Shown in pieces: positions 54,409 through 63,936 of a stretch of 64,000 bases of DNA. A program made the translations under genes and the position numbers. The number at the start of each line of letters is the position of its first letter. Positions within the stretch are counted from its first letter, which is position 1. The stretch covers positions 2,931-66,930 of the forward strand of contig CAIRBF010000217.1 in the NCBI GenBank assembly GCA_903876715.1, read 5' to 3'. The notes under the pieces were generated by a model. The model saw only the letters and a program-made list of their open reading frames with translations. It searched no databases and had not been told where the DNA came from. Origin of the DNA: an uncultured beta proteobacterium. GTDB lineage: Bacteria; Pseudomonadota; Gammaproteobacteria; Burkholderiales; Burkholderiaceae_C.

Positions 54409-55383
54409 CTACAGGCCTGTCACGACGTCGGCCACGCTGCGCGGATCACCGAGCACTTGTGCGCCGATGGCTGCATGCCAATGGCCTTCGGTGCCATGAT
54501 CCATGCGCCACTCCTGCAGGCGGCGTGTGTACACACCCAAGGCGTACTCTTCCGTCATCCCGATGGCGCCATGCAGTGCATGGGCGCAGGCGCACACCAG
54601 GGCTGAGGCTTCGCTCGTGCGGGCTTTCGCGATCGCGGACGCAAGCCAGGCCGGCCCCGAATCTGCGCCACCGAAGGCCAGTTCCGCCGCCATCGATGCT
54701 GCAAGCACGTGCTCGGCCATGACGCTGAGCTGGTGCTGTACGGCCTGGAACTGCGCGATGCTCTTGCCGAACTGGCGCCGCTGGTTGCAATGCGCCAGAC
54801 ACATGTCCAGGACGGCATCGAGTGCGCCTGCGATCTGCGCGGCTGTCGATGCTGCCATCCAGGCCTGAAGCGCCTTGCCGCCGTGTTCCTGCCGCCAGGC
54901 GACAGCATCCTCGCCCCAGACGCAGCGCAGCGCCAGCCCGCGTGCGTCTCCTAGGCGCGAAGTGGTCAACGCCGACGCCATAGACACCAGAAGCAGCCTG
55001 TCCTCGGCAACCACCAGTACGTGGTCGGCAACGGCGCCGAAAGGCACCCGCGGGCATGTGATGCGTCCATCTTCGTCAACGCGGCCTGTTGCCACCGCCA
55101 GAGGCCCGTCGGGGTGCGTGTGCCGCGCGAGGATGCGGCGAGCAATCCAGCTGGCCGCCAGAGGCAGGGGGATGACGTGTCTGCCGAGCAGGCGGAAGAG
55201 GGCACAGGCCTGCGGCAGCTCGAGCCCGGGGCCCTGCGCGTCCTCTGGCAGGAGCAGGTCGAGAAAGCCTGCCTGCTCGATGCGGCGCCAGGCGTGCGAG
55301 GCGCTCTCGCCGGACTCGATTTCACGAACCACGGCTTCGGGAAGCAGGTCGGTCAGCAGCCGTTGAAGGGACTCGACGTACAT
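54409..55383 (-). CDS. Acyl-CoA dehydrogenase-like protein, short (324 aa); probable partner subunit
   Basis: C-terminal ACAD helical-domain similarity (QAVQHQLSVMAEHVLAA...HGAIGMTEEY). The N-terminal region is shortened and divergent. 10 nt downstream of a full-length ACAD. Confidence 0.7.
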   Translation of the reverse strand: MYVESLQRLLTDLLPEAVVREIESGESASHAWRRIEQAGFLDLLLPEDAQGPGLELPQACALFRLLGRHVIPLPLAASWIARRILARHTHPDGPLAVATGRVDEDGRITCPRVPFGAVADHVLVVAEDRLLLVSMASALTTSRLGDARGLALRCVWGEDAVAWRQEHGGKALQAWMAASTAAQIAGALDAVLDMCLAHCNQRRQFGKSIAQFQAVQHQLSVMAEHVLAASMAAELAFGGADSGPAWLASAIAKARTSEASALVCACAHALHGAIGMTEEYALGVYTRRLQEWRMDHGTEGHWHAAIGAQVLGDPRSVADVVTGL

Positions 55384-55393
55384 GAATGCTCCG

Positions 55394-56542
55394 TCAACGC
55401 AGACCCAGGCCGCGGGCGATCATGCTGCGCAGGATCTCGCGCGTGCCGCCCCGCAGCGAGAAACTCGGAGCCATCTGCTGAACATAGGCGAGCACGCGCA
55501 GCAGCGTATCGTCGCAGGTATCGGCATCCAGGCTTTCCGAGATCCAGGCCGGGACGGCCTGCTCGAACGCGGTGCCCAGGTCCTTGACCAGAGCAGCCTC
55601 AACCACAGGGCTGCCTCCCTGGGCGATCTGTGCCGTCACCGCCAGCGACATGGCTCGCAAGGTGGCCAGGTGGCTGACCATGCGGCCCAGCGTGCGGGCG
55701 TGCGATACATCCGGCGACCGCTGCTTGAGGCCTTGTACCCAGGTCTCCAGCAGCACCATGCTCGAGTAGATGCGCTCGGGGCCGCTGCGCTCCAGCGCCA
55801 ACTCCGCGGTGACCTGCTCCCAGCCCTGACCTTCCTGGCCGACCAGGGCGTCAGGCCCCAGCCGAACCTGATCGAAGAACACTTCCGAGAAGTGTGCATC
55901 ACCGGCCAGATCGCGGATTGGACGGATGGTGACGCCGGGTAGCTTCAAGTCGACGATGACCTGCGACAGGTTGTGATGGCGGTCGGTGGCGTCGCCTGAG
56001 GTCCGCACCAGGGCGATCATGTAATCGCAGTGCGGGGCGTTGGTGGTCCACAATTTCTGGCCCTGCAGCAGCCAGCCGTCGGCTGTGCGCGTCGCACGCG
56101 TGCTCACAGCCGCCAGGTCGGACCCCGCCCCGGGCTCGCTCATGCCGATGCAGAAGAAGGCCTCTGCGCGACAGATCCGCGGAAGGAAGAAAGCCTTCTG
56201 TTCCTGCGTTCCGTAGCGCATCAACAGTGGTCCGCTCTGCCGATCGGCGATCCAGTGCGCAGACACCGGAGCACCCGCGCAGAGCAGTTCTTCGACCAGG
56301 ACGTAGCGGGAAAAGACGTCCATCTCTGCGCCGCCATAGGCACGGGGCAGGGTGACACCCACCCACCCGCGGCGAGCCAGGCTGCGACTGAATTCGATGT
56401 CAGATCCCAGCCAGGACCGGGCGCGGACTTCCGGAGCCAAGTCTGGCATTGCCGTGCGCAGGAAAGCGCGCACATCCGCACGCAGCTTCTCTGCATGCGC
56501 CGGCATGCGGCCAGGCTTGAGCTGGCGCAACAGATCGGTCAA
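55394..56542 (-). CDS. Acyl-CoA dehydrogenase
   Basis: CIGMSEPGAGSD, GQKLWTTNA motifs. TTG at 56542 is preceded by AAGGAG with 5-nt spacing. ATG at 56506 or the track ATG at 56638 are alternatives. Confidence 0.85.
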   Translation of the reverse strand: MTDLLRQLKPGRMPAHAEKLRADVRAFLRTAMPDLAPEVRARSWLGSDIEFSRSLARRGWVGVTLPRAYGGAEMDVFSRYVLVEELLCAGAPVSAHWIADRQSGPLLMRYGTQEQKAFFLPRICRAEAFFCIGMSEPGAGSDLAAVSTRATRTADGWLLQGQKLWTTNAPHCDYMIALVRTSGDATDRHHNLSQVIVDLKLPGVTIRPIRDLAGDAHFSEVFFDQVRLGPDALVGQEGQGWEQVTAELALERSGPERIYSSMVLLETWVQGLKQRSPDVSHARTLGRMVSHLATLRAMSLAVTAQIAQGGSPVVEAALVKDLGTAFEQAVPAWISESLDADTCDDTLLRVLAYVQQMAPSFSLRGGTREILRSMIARGLGLR

Positions 56543-56775
56543 GCAAGCTCCTTGTTCAACGCGCCGGGGGCCTGCCTGGAAGTGCGGGCCATCGGGCCGG
56601 TTGGCACGATCGTGGTGGGGCCATGCAAGGCATGCCATGCTGAGCGGAACAGCATCATTTGAGAATTATACGGAAAACTACCTAAACGTATAAGGCAGAG
56701 CTGGCTCCAGAATGCCGTGTGCGCAGGTCCAGCGTCAAAACCGCCCGTTCAACCCATGTCACAGGAGATCCCGAC

Positions 56776-57843
56776 ATGAACTCCAATCGCTCCTCGGCCC
56801 GTCTGTCCCGCCGCCGCGCGCTCGTCGGCGCCGGCATGCTGTCGCTCTCGGCGTGCGTGTCTGCCCCGGTGTTCGCGCAACCCAATTCCCGCAACGTTCC
56901 GGCCGCGGAGTGGACCCGCATCCTCGATGCGGCTCGGCGCGAAGGCAAGGTGGTGGTTTACGCGACGATGGCGCCCGCCGTGCATGACCGCATCGCAGCA
57001 GCGTTCAATGCCGCCTATCCCGGGATCAAGATGGAAGTCGTGCGGGTCGTCGGCACGGCGATGACCATCAAGTTCGAGCAGGAGCGCCAGAACCCCGGCG
57101 TGGCCGGCGGCGACGCGATGATCACCGCGGACGTCCGGTGGGCGATGGACGCGGCGCGCAAGGGCTACCTCAGGACACCCGTCGGCCCGAGCGCAGCCGC
57201 CTGGCCTGAGGCCTGGATGAAGAACGGCCAGATCGTGTTCCTCGGGGTCAACCCCTGGGTGATGAACTACAACACCAACCTGGTCAAGACGCCAATCAAC
57301 AGCTACCAGGACTTGCTGCGCCCCGAACTCTCGGGCAAGCTCGCATCGACGTCGCTGGTCGCTGAGGTGGTGACGATCTGGTACAAGTGGCTGGACGACA
57401 CCTACCCGGGCTTCCTGGAGCGTCTTGCCGCCCAGAACGTCAAGATGTACCCGGCCTCGGTGGCGGCGTCGAACTCCACCGCTTCTGGGGAGGTTGCTGC
57501 CAATGCCTTCTCCGTCATCCCGATCGATGCGGCGTTGCATGCACAGAAGGCGCCGATCCGCACCGTGATCCCGAACCCTGCCTACGGGTTCAGCTACGGC
57601 GGCGCCGTGGTGAGCTGGGCCAAGAACCCGAACGCCGCACTGGTGGCGATGGACTTCCTGATGTCGCCGAAGGGCCAGCAGGCCATCGTCGGCAACGAAG
57701 AGTCCGCCAGCCCCTTGCCCAACATCCCGGGCTCGCTCGACATGCGCAAGTACAACATGCAGGTGCTGGACTGGGACAAGGCGACGCCGGAGTCGATCAA
57801 GGCGTTCGAGGCCAAGTGGAACCGCCTCTTCGGCGCCCGTTGA
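56776..57843 (+). CDS. ABC transporter periplasmic substrate-binding protein (family 1, iron(III)/polyamine/thiamine-like) with twin-arginine-type signal
   Basis: N-terminus MNSNRSSARLSRRRALVGAGMLSLSACVSAPVFAQ. AGGAGA RBS. Followed by the permease and ATPase genes. Confidence 0.85.
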   Translation: MNSNRSSARLSRRRALVGAGMLSLSACVSAPVFAQPNSRNVPAAEWTRILDAARREGKVVVYATMAPAVHDRIAAAFNAAYPGIKMEVVRVVGTAMTIKFEQERQNPGVAGGDAMITADVRWAMDAARKGYLRTPVGPSAAAWPEAWMKNGQIVFLGVNPWVMNYNTNLVKTPINSYQDLLRPELSGKLASTSLVAEVVTIWYKWLDDTYPGFLERLAAQNVKMYPASVAASNSTASGEVAANAFSVIPIDAALHAQKAPIRTVIPNPAYGFSYGGAVVSWAKNPNAALVAMDFLMSPKGQQAIVGNEESASPLPNIPGSLDMRKYNMQVLDWDKATPESIKAFEAKWNRLFGAR

Positions 57844-57865
57844 GCCTGGCTGGCGGCGCCACTCC

Positions 57866-59599
57866 ATGATGCAGCCTGGACGCAGCCTGCGCCACATCTG
57901 GTTCTCGAACCACGCATGGGGCGCGGGCGGCGTGTGGCGACGCCGCGTTCTGCCCCAGGCCGCTTGGCTGCTGCTCGGTCTGATCATGGGGTTTGCCGTG
58001 GTCTGGCCCGTCCTGCAACTGCAGTGGCGGGCCTTCGCCGATGGCGGGGCCGCATTCACGCGCCTTGCGGAACTGCCGCGGATCGAGCGCACCGTTCAGG
58101 TCACCATCGTGCTCGCGCTGTGCTCGAGCGCGCTGGCGGTGGTGCTGGGCACTTTGCTGGCTTGGTGCTCCTCGCTGCTGCCGGCACGGTTGCGCGCCAT
58201 CGGCGAGATCGCGCCGATCCTGCCGCTGGTGGTGCCCGCAGTGGCCGCTGTCACCGGTTGGATCTTCCTGCTCTCGCCGCGCGTGGGCTACCTCAACATG
58301 GCGCTGCGGCAACTGCCCTTCCTGTCTTCGCTCGAGGAAGGGCCCTTCAACATCTACAGCGTGACCTGGATTGTCATCCTCACCGGGTTGCTGCTGACCG
58401 CCTTCGTCTACGTTTTCGTGCTGACCGCACTGAAGAACATGGGACAGGAACTCGAGGCCGCCGCGGCTGCCTCGGGGGCCTCGCCCGCCCGGCGCTTCTT
58501 CACGGTCACGCTGCCGCTGCTGCGGCCCTCGATCGTGTTCAGCGCCGGCGTCGTCTTCCTGCTCGGGTTGGGGCAGTTCACGGCGCCCCTGCTGCTGGGT
58601 CGAACGACCAAGATCGACGTCCTGACCACCGAGATGTTCTACCTGACGATGAAGTACCCGATCGACTTCGGTCTGGGTGCTGCGCTCGGGTTCCCCATCC
58701 TCATCGCGGGCCTGGCCGTGGTGTTCCTGCAGCGCCTGGCCCTGCGCGACCAACGCCGGTTTGTCGTGGTCTCGGCCAAGTCGCGCTACGACATGCGCCA
58801 GACCAGGTGGTGGGCCGCGGTCGTGATCGGCGTGTACCTGCTGCTGACTACCGTGCTGCCGCTCGCCGCGTTGCTTTACGTCTCCGTCTCACCCTTCTGG
58901 AGTGGAACGATCCAGTTCGAGGTGCTCACGCTTCGCCACTGGCAATCCGTCTTGAAGAACCCGTCGCTGCTGGATGCGATCTACACCAGCATCAAGGTCT
59001 CGCTGATCGCCATTGCGCTGTTGATCCCTCTGGGCTTCGCCATGGCGTTCGCTCTGGTCACGGCCAATCGCGTCTCGCGTCCGATCCGGGCCCTCATCGA
59101 TGTGATCGCGACGACACCCATGGCGGTGCCGGCCTCCCTCATGGGTTTCGGCTTGCTGTTCGCGTACACGCAGCCTCCGCTGCAGCTGTACGGCACGACT
59201 GCGGTGCTGGTGATCACCTACGTGACCCTGATGATCGGTCATGCCACTCGGCTGCAGCTGACGACGCTGATGTCGACGGGCTCGGAATTCCTCGAAGCAT
59301 CCCGCACTTGCGGTGCCGGGGCGTGGCGTTCGTTCTGGCGGGTGCTGCTGCCCATGTGCCGCAAGGGGATCTCGGCCACGGCGGCTTTGACCTTCGTGCT
59401 CTTGTTCCACGAGTTCAGCGCGTCGCTGATGGTGAGGTCGGCTCGCACGCAGGTGATCGGCAGCGTCATGTACGACGTCTGGGCCGGTGGCGTCTATGCC
59501 GAGGTGGCCGTGCTGGCGCTGATCATGGTGGCGGTCACGGTGGTGGGTGTGGCCATGGCCCTGGCCGTGGGTGGCCGCGACAGCCTGAAGAAGTTGTGA
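57866..59599 (+). CDS. ABC transporter permease, fused two-domain (FbpB/ThiP-like)
   Basis: About 570-aa polytopic protein made of two permease domains of similar length. The true start may be an internal codon. Confidence 0.85.
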   Translation: MMQPGRSLRHIWFSNHAWGAGGVWRRRVLPQAAWLLLGLIMGFAVVWPVLQLQWRAFADGGAAFTRLAELPRIERTVQVTIVLALCSSALAVVLGTLLAWCSSLLPARLRAIGEIAPILPLVVPAVAAVTGWIFLLSPRVGYLNMALRQLPFLSSLEEGPFNIYSVTWIVILTGLLLTAFVYVFVLTALKNMGQELEAAAAASGASPARRFFTVTLPLLRPSIVFSAGVVFLLGLGQFTAPLLLGRTTKIDVLTTEMFYLTMKYPIDFGLGAALGFPILIAGLAVVFLQRLALRDQRRFVVVSAKSRYDMRQTRWWAAVVIGVYLLLTTVLPLAALLYVSVSPFWSGTIQFEVLTLRHWQSVLKNPSLLDAIYTSIKVSLIAIALLIPLGFAMAFALVTANRVSRPIRALIDVIATTPMAVPASLMGFGLLFAYTQPPLQLYGTTAVLVITYVTLMIGHATRLQLTTLMSTGSEFLEASRTCGAGAWRSFWRVLLPMCRKGISATAALTFVLLFHEFSASLMVRSARTQVIGSVMYDVWAGGVYAEVAVLALIMVAVTVVGVAMALAVGGRDSLKKL

Positions 59600-59656
59600 C
59601 GATGATCCCGCAGGCCCGATACGGCCTCATTGCGGCGTGATCAGGAAGGGTTTGCC

Positions 59657-60769
59657 TTGCAAGAACTGCAGATCGAGTCGCTCGTCAAGCGCTACGACGC
59701 ATCGAGCCAGGTGCGCGCCGTCGACGACGTCAGCCTGACCGTCGCACCGGGCGAGATGCTGGTGCTGCTGGGCCCGAGCGGTTGCGGCAAGACGACGCTG
59801 CTGCGCTGTGTGGCCGGCCTCGAGCAGGCACAGGAGGGGCGCATCATCCTGGAAGGTCGTACGGTGTTCGACGGCGCGCACGGACTGAACATCCCGACCC
59901 ACCAGCGCGACATCGGCATGGTGTTCCAGAACTACTCGCTGTGGCCGCACATGTCGGTGCGCGAAAACGTCGAGTACCCGCTGTCGGCGCGTCGAACCTC
60001 CCGCGAGCAGCGGCAGGCGCGCGTGCAGGAGATGCTGGAGGTCGTGCAGTGCCAGCACCTGGCGGACAGGATCCCGGCCATGCTCAGCGGTGGACAGCAG
60101 CAGCGCATCGCCCTGGCGCGGGCGCTGGCCTCCAAGCCCAAGATCATGCTGCTCGACGAACCGCTGTCCAACCTGGACGCGCTATTGCGGGTGGAATTGC
60201 GAGCGCACCTGCGCGCCATCCACCGCGAAGTGGGTTTCACTGGCATCTACGTCACGCACGACCAGGTCGAGGCCTTCAACCTGGGCACGCGGGTGGCGGT
60301 GATGCGATCCGGTCGCATCGAGCAGCTGGGCTCTGCGCGCGACGTCTTCGAGCGACCGGCCACTGATGTCGTGGCACGATTTCTCGGCATCCGCAACGCG
60401 TTCGATCTCGGCGCAAGCGACCCCTGCGCCATTGCAGCCGGGCCGCTGGCGGGGGATCTCTCCATCTTCGACAACCTTGCGCGCACGCCTTCGTCGCGAG
60501 CGCAGATCTTCGTGCGCCAGGAAGCGCTGCGGGTGCTGCCGGCCGGGCAGAGCGTGCCGGCAGGCATGCTTGCGTTGCCCGAAGGGACGGTCACCGACGT
60601 GCTCTACGCCGGTTCGTTCAACGACCACATGATCGATCTCTCCGGGCACACGCTCATCGTGACCCAGGCCACGGCGCTGGGCATGTCAACGCCGGGTTCG
60701 CGCGTGAGAGCGGTGTGCCGCCCCGAAGATGTGCTGCTGTACCAGGACGGAAGGCTCGTCACGCGCTGA
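59657..60769 (+). CDS. ABC transporter ATP-binding protein (PotA/FbpC-like, with C-terminal regulatory/TOBE-like domain)
   Basis: Walker A GPSGCGKTT, signature LSGGQQQR, Walker B MLLDEPLS. TTG at 59657 follows AGGAAGGG. The track ATG at 59630 is an alternative start. Confidence 0.88.
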   Translation: MQELQIESLVKRYDASSQVRAVDDVSLTVAPGEMLVLLGPSGCGKTTLLRCVAGLEQAQEGRIILEGRTVFDGAHGLNIPTHQRDIGMVFQNYSLWPHMSVRENVEYPLSARRTSREQRQARVQEMLEVVQCQHLADRIPAMLSGGQQQRIALARALASKPKIMLLDEPLSNLDALLRVELRAHLRAIHREVGFTGIYVTHDQVEAFNLGTRVAVMRSGRIEQLGSARDVFERPATDVVARFLGIRNAFDLGASDPCAIAAGPLAGDLSIFDNLARTPSSRAQIFVRQEALRVLPAGQSVPAGMLALPEGTVTDVLYAGSFNDHMIDLSGHTLIVTQATALGMSTPGSRVRAVCRPEDVLLYQDGRLVTR

Positions 60770-60847
60770 TCCAGGCTGTTCGGCCAAACAGCGTCTGTCG
60801 TCCGATTGGCCCGGCTCGCAGGATTCGGAGCGCTTTTCTTCGCGCTT

Positions 60848-61627
60848 TCAGGCGATGGTGAAGCCCCCATCCAGCGCGAGCGCCTGGCCGGTGATCCAGG
60901 TCGACTCGTCACTGGCCAGGAAGACGGCAAGGTTCGCGGCATCGTCGACACGACCCAGGCGCCGCATCGGGTGGCGCAGCGCCGCCGCCGCGATCTGTTC
61001 TGCCGTGCTTGGGCCGCCAGCCTGAGGCGCCGATCGCTCCTGCCACACCTTGGTCACCAGCGGGGTCGGAATCGTGCTTGGGCAGATGGCGTTGCAGCGC
61101 ACGCCTTGGGGTCCGTAGTCCACGGCAATCTGCCGCGTCAACCCGATCACGCCCGCCTTGGCGGCGGCGTAATGCGCAATACCGCCAACGCCCACCAGGC
61201 CTGCGGTGCTGGATTGATGGATGAGCGAGCCGCCCCCCTGGCGCACCATGTGGGGCAGCGCATACTTGGCGCACAACCACACGCTCGTGAGGTTGATGGC
61301 CAGCATGCGGTTCCAACGCTCGAGCGTGAGCTCGGCGGCCGTGCCGGCCTCGCCGATGCCTGCGTTGGCGAACAGCACATCGATCTTGACAAAGGCCGCG
61401 ACGCAGGCTTCCACCATCGCGCAGACTTCGTCGGGCTGGGTGACATCGACGCGGAACGCGCGTGCCGTAGGGCCGATGAGGCGGGCAGTTTCCTCTGCGC
61501 CGTTGCCATCGATGTCGGCGCAGAGCACGCGCGCGCCCTCGGCAGCAAAGGCTTGCGCGGTGGCCCGCCCGATACCGGATGCAGCGCCTGTGACCACGGC
61601 GGACTTGCCGGCGAGTCTTTGCGTCAT
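60848..61627 (-). CDS. Short-chain dehydrogenase/reductase
   Basis: TGAASGIGRA motif, YAAAKAG catalytic motif, LDGG end. Confidence 0.9.
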   Translation of the reverse strand: MTQRLAGKSAVVTGAASGIGRATAQAFAAEGARVLCADIDGNGAEETARLIGPTARAFRVDVTQPDEVCAMVEACVAAFVKIDVLFANAGIGEAGTAAELTLERWNRMLAINLTSVWLCAKYALPHMVRQGGGSLIHQSSTAGLVGVGGIAHYAAAKAGVIGLTRQIAVDYGPQGVRCNAICPSTIPTPLVTKVWQERSAPQAGGPSTAEQIAAAALRHPMRRLGRVDDAANLAVFLASDESTWITGQALALDGGFTIA

Positions 61628-61646
61628 TTCAGATACTCCTCTGGGC

Positions 61647-63332
61647 TCAGGACTTGCGTTCAGGGTCCCGGTGGGTGAACTCGGTGATGAAGGGCGCGAT
61701 GACGTTCGCGTTGATCTTGCAATCCAGGAACAGCGGCCCGTCAGGTCGCGCCAGGAGTGGCGCCAGCGCCTTCAATTCGTCCATGGTGCGTACCGTGTGC
61801 GCCTCGAAGCCCAGTGGCTGGACCATGGGAGCGAAGTCGACATCGAAGAACTCCGCCTTGGCGGTGGGCATGTCCTGACCCCGCAGGATGTGGACCTCGG
61901 CGCCATAGGCCGCGTCGTTCATGCCCACGACGACGATGGGCAGGTCCTCGCGGATGACGGTCTCGAGCTCGCCCATGGTCATCAGCAGTCCACCGTCGCC
62001 GATGAAGAGCACGACGGTTCGGTCCGGCTGCGCGCGCGCCACGCCGATGGCTGCGCCGATGCCCAGGCCGACGGACCCGAAGTCCAGCGTGTGGGTGAAG
62101 TGATCAGGGCCGGGCACCGAGACGTAAGCCCAGTTGGCCATGAAGTTTCCGCCGTCGAAGACGACATGACGGTTGCGCGGCAGCATCTCACTCAGTGCCA
62201 GGGCCAGCAGCCGCGGATCCATCGTGCGCTCGGTGTGGGCCGGCGTGAAGTCGCGCCGATGATCGAAGGCGGCGATCTCGGCCCGGATCTCCTCGCAATG
62301 GAAAGGCTTGTCCTCGGCCGGCCGGTCGGCGACGGCTTCGGTGAGCTGCTGCGTGGCCAGCAGCGCATCGCCCACGACCGCCACGTCTGCGGGCCACCAA
62401 CGCCCGACGTGCTGTCGCACTGCGTCGATATGGATCAGCGGGACCGGGGGCAGGGCGCTGCCCGAGCTCATCGTCAGCGAATTCAGGGCCACGCCGATGG
62501 CCACGACGCAGTCTGCCTGCTCGACGAGCCTGCGCGCCAACGAGTGCGACGATGAGCCGAGGATGCCGAGGTCGTAGGGGTGTCCGGCAAACAGGTCCTT
62601 GGCCTTCAGCGCATTGATCAGCAGGGCCCCGGTCTTGGCAGCCAGGGCCTCGATGGCGGGGCGGGCACCGCTGCGGTGGGCGCCCACGCCGGCGACGATC
62701 ACCGGCCGACGGCTGCGCTCCAGGATCTGGGCTGCCACCTGGATGGCGCTGTCGCGGGCACGTTCGCGCGCCATGTTGCGCTGCCACCGCAGAAAGGGTT
62801 CACCACTGTCATCGACGCGGGTGTAGCCCACCTGCACGTCTGTGGGAAGCAGAAGGACGGCGGCACGGCCGCTGCGCGTCTCCATCACCGCATCGGCCAG
62901 CGCCTGGCGGGCGCTGTCCGAGCTCGTGGGCACGAAGGTCGGGATGCCGCAGGCCCGCGTGATCGTGGCTGCAGGGAACGCCTTCAAGTCGGGACCCAGC
63001 GGGTTGTGAGCGCCGCGCTGCAGGGGCGCGTCGCCGGACATGATCAGCACCGGGTGCTGGGTGCGGCTGGCCGACACCGTGGCGTGCACCGCGTTGGCCA
63101 TGGCAGGACCGCGCCCGATCAAGGCCACGCCCAGCTGCCCACTGGCAGCGGCATAACCGCTGGCCATCATGACCGCCTGGGTCTCGTGGCGCGCGCCGAT
63201 GAAGCGTACGCCAATCGAGTCCAGCGTGGCGACCAACTGGCATATGTCGTCGCTCATCAATCCGAACACCGAGTCGACCCCCAGTGCCTTCAGATCCTCG
63301 GCGATCACCTGATATACCGGCACTGCACGCAT
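61647..63332 (-). CDS. Thiamine-diphosphate-dependent enzyme (acetolactate synthase large subunit / benzoylformate decarboxylase-like)
   Basis: 561 aa. N-terminal Pyr domain (VFGLMSDDI...RHETQAVMMASGYA) and the ThDP-binding GDGG...N motif (IGDGGLLMTMGELETV...VVGMNDAAYG). Confidence 0.88.
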   Translation of the reverse strand: MRAVPVYQVIAEDLKALGVDSVFGLMSDDICQLVATLDSIGVRFIGARHETQAVMMASGYAAASGQLGVALIGRGPAMANAVHATVSASRTQHPVLIMSGDAPLQRGAHNPLGPDLKAFPAATITRACGIPTFVPTSSDSARQALADAVMETRSGRAAVLLLPTDVQVGYTRVDDSGEPFLRWQRNMARERARDSAIQVAAQILERSRRPVIVAGVGAHRSGARPAIEALAAKTGALLINALKAKDLFAGHPYDLGILGSSSHSLARRLVEQADCVVAIGVALNSLTMSSGSALPPVPLIHIDAVRQHVGRWWPADVAVVGDALLATQQLTEAVADRPAEDKPFHCEEIRAEIAAFDHRRDFTPAHTERTMDPRLLALALSEMLPRNRHVVFDGGNFMANWAYVSVPGPDHFTHTLDFGSVGLGIGAAIGVARAQPDRTVVLFIGDGGLLMTMGELETVIREDLPIVVVGMNDAAYGAEVHILRGQDMPTAKAEFFDVDFAPMVQPLGFEAHTVRTMDELKALAPLLARPDGPLFLDCKINANVIAPFITEFTHRDPERKS

Positions 63333-63392
63333 GATCCCCTCCCATACCTCTATTTGATCGAAATTTCACTATACGACGAAATGACTTCTTGT

Positions 63393-63419
63393 ATACCTAG
63401 GTATCCTCCTATCTATAAT
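63393..63419 (+). promoter_or_regulatory. Perfect 12-bp palindrome ATACCTAGGTAT plus consensus -10 TATAAT upstream of the NTF2-like / P450-3 genes
   Basis: Palindrome at 63393-63404. TATAAT at 63414-63419, 27 nt before the ATG at 63447. Lies in the AT-rich divergent region shared with the ThDP-enzyme gene. Confidence 0.4.
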
Positions 63420-63446
63420 CTGTGAAAGACAAAACGGAGGAGAGAC

Positions 63447-63923
63447 ATGGTTGATGACGAGGTGCGCGCCAGGGTTGCGATCGCGGCAACGATGGCGCGG
63501 TATGCGACATCAGTGGACAGCGGCGACGCAGCAGGTGTCGCCCGAACGTTTGCTGTAGACGCACGCCTCGAGGTCTCCAGCGGCGGCGTGATGCACGGTC
63601 GCGGGGCCATCGAGGCTTTCTACGACAAGGCCATCGGTTCGAGTCGTCCTGACAGGGCGGCGGGTGCCCCCGTTCCCTTGCTGCGACACAACGTCACGAC
63701 GTCACGTGTCGACCTCGAGTCGCCCACGCGGGCGAAGGGTCGCACCTACTTCATGACCTTGACCGCCGTTGGTCTGGACCATGCCGGCATCTACACCGAT
63801 GTCTTTCGGGTCGAGGACGGGCAATGGCTTTTCGAGGACCGGATCATCACAGTGGAATGGTTCGCTCCGGGCTCGTGGTACGAGCAGGTTCGCCTGAAGG
63901 CCCGTGCGGCGGGTCAGCCCTGA
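63447..63923 (+). CDS. NTF2-like / SnoaL_4-type protein
   Basis: 158 aa. VRARVAIAATMARYATSVDSGDAAGVARTFAVDA is typical of the SnoaL_4 N-terminus. GGAGGAGAG RBS. Confidence 0.7.
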   Translation: MVDDEVRARVAIAATMARYATSVDSGDAAGVARTFAVDARLEVSSGGVMHGRGAIEAFYDKAIGSSRPDRAAGAPVPLLRHNVTTSRVDLESPTRAKGRTYFMTLTAVGLDHAGIYTDVFRVEDGQWLFEDRIITVEWFAPGSWYEQVRLKARAAGQP

Positions 63924-63936
63924 CGACGGGGGTCGG

